Assembly (NCBI GenBank): GCA_964016885.1 | Contig: OZ024740.1 | Span: 193,006,001-193,070,000, forward strand | DNA from: Eledone cirrhosa | Lineage: Eukaryota | Direction of reading: 5' to 3' | Length of the DNA: 64,000 nucleotides | Part shown: positions 1-13,901 of the stretch, in pieces | Layout of the letters: every line of letters starts with the position of its first letter | Numbering within the stretch: position 1 is the first letter of the stretch | Translations under genes and position numbers: made by a program | Notes under the pieces: generated by a model | The model's database searches: none | Seen by the model: the letters and a program-made list of their open reading frames with translations, nothing else | Told to the model about the DNA's origin: nothing

Positions 1-2580
1 CAGATCTCCTTAAGTAGAGTCTATCGACATCACTCCTCTTGTGGAACATGTTGTAGATAGCTTCCTAGTCTTCCTATCCATAAATTTTTGTTCAGCAACA
101 TTCCATCTCAGAATTCCCGCACCGTACCTAATAATAGACACCACACTTATGGCATTCCTACTGGTCAGATGTGACTTAAATACTCTCCTTACTCTCTGAA
201 TGTATTCAGATCTTATCAATTCCTTCATTTTTTTGTTCTTGATGTCATCAGCTTCCAGGAAACCCAAATACTTGTATCCTTCTTCAGTGTCAATTTCCTT
301 TATCATTTTACCTGTTGGTACCTGGATTCCGTCGCTTCTGCTCTATTTACCCCTCTTCATCACAAGGACTCCACACTTTCTAATACCAAATTTCATACAT
401 ATATCATTGCTGAAAATACGGACAGTGTCAACAAGCACATCCAACTCCTTCTCACTCTTCCCGAAGAGCTTAAGATCGTCCATGAAGAGGTGATTGATGG
501 TAAGCCCTCCCTTTCCCAACCTGTATCCTGCTCTCACTTTTCGAAGTATAATGGTCAAGGGCACCAGGCGAAGGACAAACAAAAGAGGGGACAGACTATC
601 ACCCTGGAAGATACCTCTCTTGATCTTCACGCCTCCAAGGAATCTCCAGCTGATGTTAACTCTGTTTTCCAGTTCTTCATACTTTTGCTCAACAACTGTC
701 TGATGTCTGATGTTATCTGCCATCCTGAAGATCTCTAGGCTTTTGGTGATCCAAGAATGAGGCACCAAGTCAAATGCCTTTTTGTAGTCTATCCTTCCGA
801 TGGTAAGACCAGTGTGTCTTCTTTTGCAATTCCTCATTACCATCTTATCAATAAGTAACTGGTCCTTTGTACCACGGGACTTCTTTCGGCATCCTTTCTG
901 TTCGTCCGGTAACAAGTTGTTTGTGTGCAAGTGATGGTAGATTTCCTCAGACACAATGCTTGTCAACAGTTTCCACATTACGAACAGACATGTGATAGGT
1001 CTATAGTTGGTAACATCATGACTCTTGATTCGGTCTTTCATTACCAGATCTGTGGTACCTTTTGTCAACCACTCTGGTACCTCACCTGACATCAATCAGT
1101 CATTGAACATGGTTGTGAGTTTCGCGAGGAGGCATGTTATATTTTTAATCCAATACCCCTGCACACCATCTGGGCCTGGTGATTTCCAGCAGTTGGTTAA
1201 TTGTTTGACCTGCCACTTAAGTGTTTCAACTGTGATACTGAAATCAGTTTGTTGGTGTGCCTGTTCACTAATCTCCTTTTGTACTGTCTCAATCCACACT
1301 GCCTGGTCATTATGTTTAACATCCTGCTCCCATATTCCTCACCAGAATGTCTTAGTTTGTTCCGCCTCAGGGATCAAGTCGTTGCCTATTTCTTTCCCTT
1401 CAAGCTGTCCAAACAACATCTGGTTGTTGTCAAACATGCGGTTCTGTCTATACTGACTGACTCTGTTCTCGTATCGCCTAATTTTTGCACTCTTTGCTAC
1501 AATGCGTTGCTTCAGTTCCTCTATGATCATATTTAGCTTTTTCCTCCTAGTTTTGTACTTTATTTCCAGTCTATTTTTAGTGTCTATGTTTTATAGTGTC
1601 CCATTCAGTAGGGACTCAAGCGTTCCAATGTAATTTCTCATTTCCCTGATTTGACCATTCAGTCGTTTCTTCCACCAAGGTTTTGATCTTTCTTGTTTGT
1701 TGTTTCCTCTCGCTTTTATGTCAAGTAATTTCCTCACCGCATTTGCTGTTGTTTTGAGGATATTGTTGCACTTGTGAAGGCCCCTCGCCTCAAGGTATGG
1801 GATGACTTTTTTTACCTTAGCTGATGTTTCTTTTAACTTTTTCCTGTCTACAAATCTTAGGTTAATAGGTTTCCCCACTATCATTGTTCATTTCATCTAC
1901 CACTAAGTTTAGGATATCAACCAACTCTTGTCCTAGCCAGTCAGCATTCATCTCCTCAATGGCTGTATCTCTGTTTCAGGTATTATTTATTTCAGCATTC
2001 AGATCATTGTCCTCTTCGGATGGTTCTTCCGTTCCCTCAACCTCTTCTCCTTCATTTCCCACTAGCTCGTTTGCCTGGCATATTCCACTCTCCATCTCCA
2101 AGCTAATCTCTCTGCTCATTTCCTCGAGTTCCAGCTCACTTATCCACCCATTAGTTCTTATTACCAGAGCCTGCCCGGCCAATGTTTGTTCATGTAAATT
2201 TATATAGACCAATCTTCTTCCAGATGTTATGCATCGATTTCCTATAACCTTTTCCTTGGGGTTACTCTTCATGTAACATTGCATAACATTTCTATTCAAT
2301 TCTTTCGTCCAGTTGGTTCTGGTCCCTTTCCTTCTTCTTCTTCCTCCGACACCATCAGTATTTGGTTGACAGACAGGTCCCTGCTGCTGAGCCAGGGAGC
2401 ACCTGCTGGGTGAGAGTCTGTCACATGACATTCCAGTCTCCACTTCACCGTTATTTGAACTGTTTAGGTTCGATATTTAAACACTCTTATCGAGGATTGG
2501 TGAATGTATGGTTACATAACCACCGGTGATTTCATCACCCCCGGTGATTTTAGTGTGGCACTATCACGCTGTAGACGAAC
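1..2580 (-). mobile_element. R4/Dong-clade non-LTR retrotransposon (RLE type), 5' part and RT, decayed; continues beyond the window start
   Basis: Collinear minus-strand ORF pieces: N-terminal RTNWTKELNRNVMQCY, WKSPGPDGVQGYWIK, NYRPITCL, EQKGCRKKSRGTKDQLLIDK, IDYKKAFDLVPHSW, GIFQGDSLSPLLF, HLFMDDLKL, YKYLGFLE. Several stops and frameshifts. Confidence 0.9.
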
Positions 2581-2600
2581 ATAAATAAACAAACAAACAA

Positions 2601-2691
2601 ATAATAATAATAATAATTGTTTCTACGTTAATAATAATAATAATTATTATTATTATTATTATTTCGCCATAATAATATTATTATCATTATT
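2601..2691. repeat. (TAA)n/(ATT)n microsatellite junction containing a SINE 3'-tail remnant
   Basis: aataataat...attattatt array. The internal attgtttctacgtt matches the reverse-complemented SINE tail seen at 18393 and 57851. Confidence 0.8.
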
Positions 2692-4872
2692 AGGCCCATA
2701 ACTCTGCTCAACACAGAGTTTAAGATTTTGGCCAAGTTGTTAGCAAAGTAATTGGCGCTTGTCGTCGAGGATTTGGTTGGGGAGGGGCAAACTTGAGCAA
2801 TCCCAGCCAGGTCCATACACGACAATCTCCACCTCATGCGATACATCATAGAGAGGGTAGGGTGTAAACCTGGCTTCGGTGGGGGCACTGATCAATTTAG
2901 ATCAATCGAAAGCATTCGATAGGGTCGACCATCGGTATCTGGTTTGTCCTCAAAGCAGCTGGCTTCGGCCCTGTCTTTACAGGGTGGATCGTTGCAATGC
3001 ACAGCGACACATGCTCGGTGGGAAAGGTTAATGGCCACCTCTCGGAACAATTTCGGCACTCCCGATCGGTCCGTCAAGGGTGCTCTCTCTCTTCCCTTCT
3101 GTACGTATTGACTCTCGAGCCTTTACTGCGGAAGCTGGAGCTGTTGCAGGGCATCCCGCTCGAACCGGGACGTGGAAAGGCGGTGTCGGCTTATGCGGAC
3201 GACATCACCGTGATGGTGTCGAACACCTCAGAAATCGAGGTGGTCGGCACCTTATTGAAGGAATATGAAAGATTGACAGGAGCCAAACTTAACCCGGAAA
3301 AGTCGGTGGGCTTGCAGCTCGGAACCTGGAGAGGCAAGCCCATGCCGTCCAACAGCGTCGTGGTGCGCTGGACGGACGGAGCGGTACATTTGCTCGGGGT
3401 TTGGTTCGGACCAGACCTCCAGGTGGAAAAGAATTGGGACGAGGTAACGAGCAGAGTAGCCAGTCTCACCCAAAAATGGGCTGGGAGGAAGCTATCACTG
3501 AAAGGTCGCACGGAGGTGGCGAATGCGTACATTGCGTGCGTCATCTACTACCGCCTGACCGTCGTGGCTTGCCATTGTCCGCGCCTCGTCAAGCTGGAAC
3601 GGCTCCTCTTCAAATTATTGTGGAGGGGACAAGTTCCGTTGGTGAGGCGGTCCATCTGCTGCCAGCACCCTCTACGCGGAGGGCTGGGCATGCCGTGGCT
3701 AATGATGCGTAGACATGCGTTGAGGCTGCGACATCTCCAGATATTCTGCCTCAACGGTAAACAGGTGTGGTCGCCGTTTATCAGGTGGCCTTTCCGCAGC
3801 TCATTTCTTTGACTGAGCTGCAGTCCTGGGTCAAGAAGAGACCGAGACTGGGTGACTGGCACCTGGAATGTTGCCAGGCACCCACTTCCCTCTACCAAGC
3901 GGGCAATGCGATCAGTGGAACTTTCACTCTCGAGTTCTATAGAGGATTAGTGGTGGGCAAGTGCGATGACGCACTCGGAGAAGCTTTGGGCCTCGACGAA
4001 GTCGAACTGACCAGTCTGTACCGGAGGACAGTTGAGCCGGGGACGATGGACAATTTCCAGAAATCCCTTGCTTGACAGTGCTACCGGGGGGGGGGCACTG
4101 CCGGTTCGGGATAAACTCTACAGGCACGGAAGTGCTGTCAGACGGACCTGCCCAAGATGCGCACAGAACGACGAAACCGTGTTCTGCACGCACTTGTCCA
4201 GTGTCCGTGCATTACTGACTTGTGGAGTTATGTCGAACAGCTGCTGTCGCGTGTGGAACGAATTCGGCTATCGGCCGAGTCCATAGTGAAGATCGATCCA
4301 CCGCCTTCCTTAGGTCAGGAAGAGCAGGACATTTTCCTCTGTCTGGTGGCAGTTGCGAAAGAGATTATATGGTGGATCAGGTTGAAAGGACAAAAGACAG
4401 ACACTTTTCTCTTCGGCCAATCCCTCATCAACTTCTTCAAGTTTCACCTGGAAAGGAAGGTGAGGGTGGAGAGAGAAGTGCTGTCCCCCCAGTATAATTG
4501 CTAAAAGGTGGGTGAATGTGGCGAGAATGGCTCGTGTGAATGGGCCTACTCTGACAATGTGCCTATAGGCTGGCTAACTTGAGGAGAGGGGTGCTCTCCC
4601 TGGGTGCCCTAGAAGCGCAGGGTGGTTCAGGATTGGTGGGGTACCTGAAGCACCCCAGGGTCGTACACCCCCTATTGGGGAATTTATTTTGTTATATTTA
4701 TGAATAGTTTATTTTATATTTTTATATTTTCATTGTTAAATTAGTCTTTCCATTGTGCACTTGTACTCCACCTTATTGTAAACTCCCACTGTCCCTGTCT
4801 TTGTATTGTCCCCTACATGTCGGCCCTGGTGGCTGATAAATGAAATCATTATTATTATTATTATTATTATTA
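2692..4872 (+). mobile_element. Tx1-clade (L1 superfamily) LINE, 5'-truncated ORF2 (RT + CCHC) with 3' UTR and (ATT)n tail
   Basis: RPITLLNTEFKILAK at 2692, LDQSKAFDRVDH, SVRQGCSLSSLLY, SAYADDITV, HLLGVWF, RKLSLKGR, GGLGMP, and C-terminal LPVRDKL..CPRC..ETVLHALVQC. Ends ...gataaatgaaatc(att)n. Frameshifted. Confidence 0.9.
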
Positions 4873-5020
4873 ATATATGTATATATATATATATATATAC
4901 ATAATAATAATAGTAGGAATTCCAACTTTGTCTGATTTACTCGTTTTATTTACAATCCTATAATATTATAATGTTATTAGATGAAATAGTATGGTAGAAT
5001 ACTAAATGTTAAGTGTTAAT

Positions 5021-5059
5021 TGAACAAGTACTTTCATGCTTTCACAATCATCAGTGTCA
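5021..5059 (-). ncRNA. Minimal type I hammerhead ribozyme in a PLE-type terminal repeat (repeat spans about 4914-5100)
   Basis: Minus strand: tgaca CTGATGA t tgt GAAA gca t GAAA gtac TT gttca. The sister copy at 18278-18316 has a perfect stem I (tgaac/ttca side) and tgc-GAAA-gca stem II. Stem III is the palindrome AGTACT. Confidence 0.7.
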
Positions 5060-5108
5060 TATCTGGGGTGACGGTCAAGTTTGCAATTTTCACCAGAGAA
5101 TATGAATC

Positions 5109-5143
<35 letters not shown>

Positions 5144-5146
<3 letters not shown>

Positions 5147-5336
5147 ACGAAGGATAAGTGGTAAGGAACCAGGTGGACCATAACGCACCAAAGTACTCAA
5201 TACTTAGGGAAATAGAGTGGGTAATAGGAACCTGTAGGACCCCGACGGCTGAGCTCAAGCCGTTTCGACGACACATTCTGAGTCCAGAATTAACCGTCGA
5301 AACGGCTTGAGCTCAGCCGTCGGGGTCCTACTCGTT

Positions 5337-5340
<4 letters not shown>
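5144..5340. mobile_element. Palindromic PLE terminal-repeat fragment carrying the 3' half of a hammerhead on both strands
   Basis: Inverted repeat 5225-5340: gtaggaccccgacggctgagctcaagccgtttcgacg / cgtcgaaacggcttgagctcagccgtcggggtcctac. Homologues at 42013-42202 and 10394-10457. Confidence 0.75.
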
Positions 5341-5372
<32 letters not shown>

Positions 5373-5467
5373 TATATATATATATATATACATGTGTGTG
5401 TGTGTATGTGTGTGTAATTGTATACACACACACACACACATACACATATATATATATATATATAAAT

Positions 5468-5919
5468 ATCCTAGTCTTAGATTCTTCCGCGCCGTTCGGC
5501 GCATTAAGCAGTAAGTATTGGCTAGCGGTCACGATCAGCAGCAAATATTTCGAGACCGTGCCAGGTGATTTTGACTGCCATCAGGTCCTTCCGGAACTTT
5601 CGTCGCTAGGTGATCCTTGGCCAACCCCGCCTACGTTTACCGCCAAGGAGAGTCGAGTTCATCGCTGATCTTGAATGCCGTTCATTTGGCAGACGCAGAA
5701 TATGTCCAGCAAAACGGCACCGACGCTCCTTGACCACTCTCTGTAGCGTCCAAGACTCGGCTCTCCGCAGGTTCTGCTCGTTTTGCACTCGGTCACGCCA
5801 GGACACACGAAGGATCTTTCGCAGGCACAGCTGGTGGAAAGCGTTCAGCCATCTCTCTATTTTTGCCGCACTCTTCCAGGTCTCGCTCGCATAAAGCACT
5901 CTGGACAGCACGATGCTCT
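5468..5919 (-). mobile_element. RTE-clade LINE 3' fragment
   Basis: VLYASETW...[24 protein letters not shown]...RFAGHILRLP...GKRRRGWPRIT, followed by a short gaatctaag tail. Flanked by (TA)n. Confidence 0.85.
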
Positions 5920-5920
5920 T

Positions 5921-6637
<717 letters not shown>

Positions 6638-6928
6638 ACTAATCATTTCATATAAGTAAGCCGAATTTACTTGCAAACCGCCAGAGATTTCGATTTTACT
6701 GATTTCCAAATATATTATTCTCCTAGATTTAATAATTAACTAATTAATTTAATTAGACAATTCTGTTGATTGGTTAATTATTTGTGTTTGTTTTATAACA
6801 TCTAGTTGAGAGTTTATCATGATGATTAGCGGGAATTAAAATATTTCCTTTAGCATTTTGAATGAAACCGTGGGTATTTCCCTTGCCGGTATTAACACAT
6901 GATAACTATAGATACGATTAGCAGCCTC

Positions 6929-7036
6929 ATGGAGCAGCAACATATAATGTATCACTCCGCTCCTAGGCAGAACGAAATACCTGTTGATAAACTGAATCCT
7001 CCGTTCGATCACCAACACCATCAGCTTGCCATTCAC
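6929..7036 (+). CDS. Candidate host first coding exon, unknown product (MEQQHIMYHSAPRQNEIPVDKLNPPFDHQHHQLAIH)
   Basis: Kozak-like gcctcATGG, 36 open codons ending in phase 0 exactly at a consensus donor CAC|GTAAGT, and an upstream acceptor tttcctttAG at 6853. No homology recognised. Confidence 0.3.
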
Positions 7037-7331
7037 GTAAGTCTGATATTTGATTTCGGATTCAAAGAAACACTTTAAACGATTGTTCGTTTGATTTGTG
7101 CAGGTGTACTTTTCTTAACCTGATTAGTTCTATCATTAATTTCGTATATATTGTGTGTTAGCTTCGCCTACCACAATGTTCGATTTGTCAAGCTATTTAA
7201 ACGTATGTTATTACTCTAAGGTCCTATCGAGTGCTTTGCTAACTCATCATTTCATATAAGTAGGCCGAATTTACTTACAAACCGCCAGAGATTCGATTTT
7301 ACTGATTTCAAATTATATATATATATATATA

Positions 7332-7704
7332 GTTTTAATATAGATGAGATTCTACAGGACTAGAACTGTTTCATTCTTTAGAAATCATCAGGAATCTGGA
7401 TATCAAAAAAAAATGGTATTTATAGGTCTCTTCAGGTGGTTTGAAGGGCTAGGGAGTGGGATGGGTAGAGTTCATTGGTTGATAGAAAAGGGAATTCATT
7501 AAATAAATTATAGCTTTAAAGAATTAGCTTTTAATGAATTCCCTTTTCTATCAACCAATGAACTCTACCCATCCCACTCCCTACCCTCTGCTACCACCTG
7601 AAGAGACCTATAAATACCATATTTATTTTTTGATACCCAGATTCCTTATGATTTCTAAAGAATGAAACAGGTCTACAACTGTAGAATCTCATCTATATTA
7701 AAAC
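7332..7704. mobile_element. Foldback (inverted pLTR) non-autonomous element, about 370 bp, with a hammerhead in each arm
   Basis: Arms of about 170 bp (7332-7502 vs 7531-7704) are near-perfect reverse complements. (TA)n lies directly on the left and close by on the right. Confidence 0.85.
7347..7397 (-). ncRNA. Type I hammerhead ribozyme, canonical core
   Basis: Minus strand: agattc CTGATGA t ttct aa agaa t GAAA cag ttctagtc ctg TA gaatct. Stem I is 6 bp perfect, stem III is acag/ctgt, cleavage triplet GUA. The plus-arm copy at 7639-7689 has a mutated core (CTTATGA). Confidence 0.85.
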
Positions 7705-7801
7705 CTTTATACTCTGCTATGTATTGTGTATCTTACTTACAGTGGTTACCTCCGATTCAACCCGGAATAACGTATATATATATTTATAAGTATATATATA
7801 A

Positions 7802-7859
<58 letters not shown>

Positions 7860-7860
7860 G

Positions 7861-8001
<141 letters not shown>

Positions 8002-8204
8002 TAATAAGAATAATAATTATAAAATGTTTAGAAGGAACACACGAGTTGGAGTATATATATATATAGGGAGCGAAAACGATTATTAGGAAGAAAAATATAT
8101 TTAGAAAAGAGAGAAAAAATAACGAGGAAAAAAAGTATTTTTCTTCCTAATAATCGTTTTTTTCTCCCTAATATATATATATATATAATTATAGTAATAA
8201 TAAT

Positions 8205-9020
8205 AAATTTGAAAACTAAAATCCAAAGAGGGTTCGATAAGGATAAATATATATCAAATATATACGAACCGTAGAGCAAATATTTATTAAAATAACAGAT
8301 TAAAGTTTAAGCAAAGATTCGCTGCTTTCACCCTTAACGTGATCTTCTGAAACTAACAAAGTCAACCTGTGAACGCAGAAGTGAATATTTCAAAAAACGT
8401 TGCAACCGGAGGAAGACAGGAAGACAAAAATTTGGTTCGTGGAACGGGAAAAAACGAATATAATACGTCATTATTTGGAGCGATGAAAAACAATTACACG
8501 CAAAAACAAAACGACATTGATGGTATAAAAGAAGTCGTAGACTAATATTATGTTAGGTGGTTCATAGAGACGTTCTCTGGCAATGAACGTAAAAAACGAA
8601 GATAATACGCCATATGTGGTGCTGGAAGAACAATTGCACGCAAAGACAAAACCACGTAAATGGTATAACTGAAGTGCTAAACTAAGATTCTAGCTAGGAA
8701 ACCGATTGATTCTCGTCATCAGAGTTAAGAATAAAGTAAATAAAATACAGATGTAATTGAAATTAAATAAATACATACACGCATCCATATACGTACATAC
8801 ACAAGCATACGCGAAAACACTCGCCATAGGTATACAAATACACGCACGTACACACACACACACACACACACAAACCACGCACTAGATTGTATAACGGAAA
8901 TAAAATACCATGTGACCTCTGCGCCGCTGAGGCCCTGGAAATAACCTACCCCAAAGACCTCATCTTAAACAAAAAAATATCATGCAATTTCGGCTTGTAA
9001 ACATAAATTGCACAAAACTT
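8205..9020 (-). mobile_element. PLE family A fragment: terminal repeat/3' UTR (minus) plus an inverted GIY-YIG tail piece (about 8880-9020, plus)
   Basis: Aligns by eye with 36860-37510 and 62024-62600. The segment gacctctgcgccgctgaggccctg...gcttgtaaacataaattgcac matches the 3' end of the PLE ORF at 39925-39970. Confidence 0.75.
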
Positions 9021-9085
9021 GCACATATATATATATGTGGAAAACGAAGAATTAGTGATGCATCGGAACACAAATTTATTACATA

Positions 9086-10006
9086 CAGCAGTGGTACCCG
9101 CCGTTGCACGGGATAAGGTATTTTGGAACGCGGACTGCCCACAGACCTAATCGTGGAGAAACTGCATGCCTGGACAATATGTAAAGAAAATAAACCGAAT
9201 AGTCTGCTGGTTGGATAATCTTTAAGATTTTCCTCGATGAAGCAGGAAAAATGCAGGCTTTCAACTAATGTGGGCCCTAGGGGTTCAAGAAAATGAATTT
9301 TTTTTATATGTACATGATATGCTTTGAAATTTCGGGTAAATCGGCTAGACGTAACGCCTCCAAAAACCCTAAAAAGCTGAAAAACTGAAGTGTTTCACCT
9401 AATGCGGGCCCTAGGCCATAAACAAGTTGGATTTTCTTTGGTCATGGTATGAAAAAGAGACTGACTAATACTTAGTTACAATATCAAGGAAATCGGTCTG
9501 AGGTAACGCCTAAAAAACCCCCTAAAATCCTTAAAAAACACAGTTGTTCATCTAATACGGGCTCTAGGAGAAGAAAATGTTGAAGTTATGTATGTGCATA
9601 ATACTCCCTGAAATATAAGTAATACACATGTAAACTTTGAAAAAATTCGGTTGGGTACTTCCCGAGTTTTAGGGATTCAAACTCACTGACACACACATAG
9701 AGACATCCTCAGGGAAATGACGTAATGCAAACAGCCAGACATACAGACAGATATTATAAGGGATCCGCGTTATATGTATGCATCTATCTAAAAAGAGAAA
9801 GACTAATAATTATAGAGAGAGATCGCAAAACGCCTAAAGCGGTCCCTAGGGCATTGAACATATGAAATTTCTTTTGCTCAGAACACTCCCTGAAACATAA
9901 GTATTACATGTGTAAAGTTTGAAAACAGTCGGTTGGTGGTTCTCTAGTTTTTGGGATTCAACCTCACACACACACACACAGACATCCTCAGTTTTATATA
10001 TAGAGA
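9086..10006 (-). mobile_element. Non-autonomous Helitron with internal degenerate repeats of about 130-150 bp
   Basis: Minus-strand 5' end a|TCTCTATATATAAAActgaggatgtctgtgtg. 3' hairpin cccgtgcaacggcggg followed by taccactgCTG|t (CTAG lacking one base). Termini resemble the other two Helitrons. Recurrent ctaa..gggccctagg units. Confidence 0.75.
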
Positions 10007-11039
10007 TTTCAAACGTGTCTCCGGCGAATAGCTTGAGGTGCGATCTGTTTGTGGACGAACTTCACTCTGAATTCGCAAGTTCTTCAGATACGTCTAGTGA
10101 TTTCGAAGCAAATCCTTTTTCCGCTGGACTATGCCCTTCGACTTTCTATCATCTGTCTTCATCCTGTTTGTGCTATACTGCGATTGGTAGTTCGAGACGT
10201 CATCTTAGCGCATGGTTTTCAAATTTGCCCACTCACCATTTCCATTAATGCGTGAGCTGTCACTCACCCTAATCCCGTCACCAGAAATTACTGCTAATGA
10301 TATGAGAGGTTTTATGACCTCTCCTGCCACTCCCTGGCTTGCCCGCCCCTCCACACACATACACCCACACCCACGTGTGGTCACACATACATAGACATTC
10401 CTAGCAGTTCTGATCTAGGTGTCGAAACGGCCGGAGCCCAGCCGTCGGGGTCCTTACTTTTTGTTTACTATAACATTCTCAACATTTAAGTGAAGTCCCT
10501 TTAATGGATAGTTTTCTCCACTGGTTTAGTCGCAACATCATACAGCATTGACGTGTTGTACACTGGCAATTTGTAAAAGCTAATGGTCAACTGTGTCATA
10601 TCATGCAATAACGTGTAACATACTTTACACCTTCGGTCGTACACCGAGGATTTAATCTATTTGTTAAACTGATAATTTGTAGGTATCAACTGCACATAAT
10701 CGGTAAAATTATAACCTTAAAATTATGACACGTTTTTAATATCATGTGTCTCCACCATGCTACACCTGTTAAAATTTACATTACTCTAAGCTATACCGCG
10801 GAGGTATAAGTTTAACCACACATATACGTTTGTGAAGATGTCAAATTTGCCTTACAACCATTCGTGGTTGATAAAAAATACCGGTCTAGTATTGATATCC
10901 ATTTCCCACCAAAACCAAAAAATGTCTCTTTTTCATTCACTAGCATTCTTTTACTTTCTATCCTTCTCGGGGGGGGGGGGGGGGGGGGTCAGCTGCATTC
11001 AGAACTGAGGAGGAGATGGGCTTCAGTAGGTGTAACCAT

Positions 11040-12512
11040 ATGTAAACTCGCCAAAGGTATACAAATAGACGCACGTACACACACACACACACACGCGCGC
11101 ACATACAGTACCCACGCAACGCCAACCGCACACATACGAACGAATACACCAAATACACATAAAGATAAATAAATAAAAACACATATATATACACATGTGT
11201 GTGCGTGTATACATAATTAAATAAACGTATTAAATATACACACATAAATACGTATACAAAGCGCGCACACACACACCCACATGTAAATATACATATGTTC
11301 GCGGACGTACGTCAACCAAACACAAAGTACACATATACACACAACCTACATACGTACGAACCCGCATACTCACACAGACAAAAACTCACATATACACATA
11401 ACCAAATGCACATGTACCAGTATATATAATATATACGCCAATAACATATACAAGCACAGATACGTACGAGAAAATATACGTACCATCTCAAAACATACAG
11501 GTTATATACACTTACCTATACGAATAATTAATGGTATTAACATAACATATACTTAGCTACCACATCAAGACGTAAAATATCCGCGTATAGTTCGTACTAT
11601 ACGTTTGGGTATAATGTGGGGCTGTATAACAGGAAAGTTTTGTGCAATTTATGTTTACAAGCCGAAATTGCCTCATATTTTTTGTTTAAGATGTGGTCTT
11701 TGGCGTAGAGTATTTCCAGGTCTTCAGCGGCGTTCTCCCCACTTTACCCTGAAGGATCACAAATCCAATTTACCGAAAAACCCCTCTATTCGGCTTATTA
11801 ACCCTACGAAGTCCGATTTAGGTAGACTTAGTAAAAGGATTTGTATATATATGTTTTTTTTGTTTTGTTTTTTTGTGTATTTGGTGTATTCATTCGTATG
11901 TGTGTGGTTGGCGTTGCGTGGGTTCTGTATGTGTGCGTGTGTTCTTTTTGTTTTTTTATGTACGTGCTTGTGTTTGCATACCCACAGGGAGTGTTTTCGC
12001 ATATGCTTGTGTATGTACGTATATGGATATGTATATGTATATATTTAATTTCAATTACCTCTGTATTTTATTTACTTTATTCTTATCTCTGAAGCCGAGA
12101 ATTTTAGTCTACGTTATACCATTTACGTGGTTTTGAGTTTGCGTGTAATTGTTCTCAATGTTCCACATAATGACGTGTTATCTTCGTTTTTTCCGATCAT
12201 TGCCAGAGAACGTCTATATAAACCACCTAATAGAATATTGGTCTACGACTTCATTTATACCATACACGTGGTTTTGTCTTCGTCTGTAATTGTTTTCACT
12301 GCATCAGATAATGACGTATTATCTTCGTTTTTTCCCGTTCTTTGCCAGGGAACGTTTCCACGAACCAAACTATCGTCTTTCTGTCTTCCTTCGGTTGCAA
12401 CGTTTTTTGAAATATCTACGTCTGCGTTCACAGATTGACTTTTTTAGTTTCAGAAGATCCCGTTAAGGGTGAAAGCAGCGATTCTTTGCTTAAATTTTAA
12501 TCTGTCATTTTA

Positions 12513-12517
<5 letters not shown>
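11040..12517. mobile_element. PLE family A rearranged copy (inverted 3' region, short RT piece, 3' UTR and terminal repeat)
   Basis: About 11040-11732 matches the minus orientation of the 39870-40450 segment. 11733-11840 encodes SPHFTLKDHKSNLPKNPSIRLINPTKSDLGRLSKRI (PLE pre-RT motif). 12040-12517 is the terminal repeat. Confidence 0.8.
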
Positions 12518-12609
<92 letters not shown>

Positions 12610-12694
12610 AGAGAGAGAGAGAGAGGGGGGGAGTCGAAGTAAGATTTGCATCATATATAGAAACATGTTGCGTAATAAATTGTTTCGATATCTA

Positions 12695-12744
<50 letters not shown>

Positions 12745-13005
12745 ATTACACCATCGCACTGCTATTAGCTATCAACCGGCCAACTGGTCACTGGATCATA
12801 AATCTCTGAACATTTCTTTCACCTTCTCTCCCTGAAACACCATCAAATCCATTAAGATAGAACACTCACCAAAACATTTACAACAAGCGTTTATCAAATA
12901 TCCCGTCATCCCTAGCTCATACACATCATACATGTATCCGCCAATTAATCTTTAATGTATTGGTTTTTCTTTTATCGGACCCTCTACACGTATCTATGTA
13001 CATCT

Positions 13006-13343
13006 CGAATATATCAAAGGTATATATTGAATTAGAAACTCAAAATAGTCTCTTACAATAAAATAGCTCTAGGAAAGATATTTTTCCGAGCCGTATATTA
13101 TAACTGAATATAAAAGAAAACCGAACACAGATATATACATATACGTGTTCAAATCACAAGGGACCAGATTCGTAAAGGTGAAAAGAATACTAACTATAGA
13201 CAATATGGTTTGCCAGACTCAATTTATATATCTGTGTTCTTTTTTCTTTTATATTCAGTTATAATATATGGCGCGGAGGAATCTCTTTCCTAGGGGTATT
13301 TTATTGTAAGTTTCTAACTCAATATATACCTTTGATATATTCG
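13006..13343. repeat. Foldback repeat, unclassified; further pieces at 13645-13770, 30868-30905 and 31025-31116
   Basis: cgaatatatcaaaggtatatattg... / ...caatatatacctttgatatattcg arms of about 125 bp. Confidence 0.75.
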
Positions 13344-13770
13344 GCTCTGTTAATTGGTTGAGCTAATTCAAATGTCGAGTAAACCTGGCTGCTATTTTTT
13401 AGTGGTGTGAGTTTGTGAGACACGCATAGTTCAGGTAGCATGTGCGGTATTATATATACGCACACTATTCAGTTTTTTAATATACTTAGAAGTGACCAGG
13501 ATACTAATAAATATTCACTCACTGATGAGCAAGAAATGGTATTCCGCTTCACAATAATTTTGCGAAACAGCAATACCAAAGCTGTCTGGGTGATTGGTAG
13601 TTACCACAATTCCGGTTTGTAATTACTTTCTTGATTTACTCTTAAATTGAGTCTGGCAAACTCTATTGTCTATAGTTAGAATTCTTTTCACCTTAGCGAA
13701 TCTGGTCCCTTGCGATTTGAACACATATATGTATATGTCTGTGTTCGTTTTTCTTTTATATTTAGTTACA

Positions 13771-13817
<47 letters not shown>

Positions 13818-13822
13818 AGTAT

Positions 13823-13896
<74 letters not shown>

Positions 13897-13901
<5 letters not shown>

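Noticed and set aside
2500-2580. HDV-like ribozyme at the R4/Dong 5' end
   Set aside because: A hairpin exists (ggtgat-gaa-atcacc on minus), but I could not assign the P1/P2/P3 nested pseudoknot or J4/2.
13518-13548. ctgatgagcaagaaa (and ctgatga at about 24687) as hammerheads
   Set aside because: No supporting helices. A 7-mer is expected by chance in AT-rich DNA.
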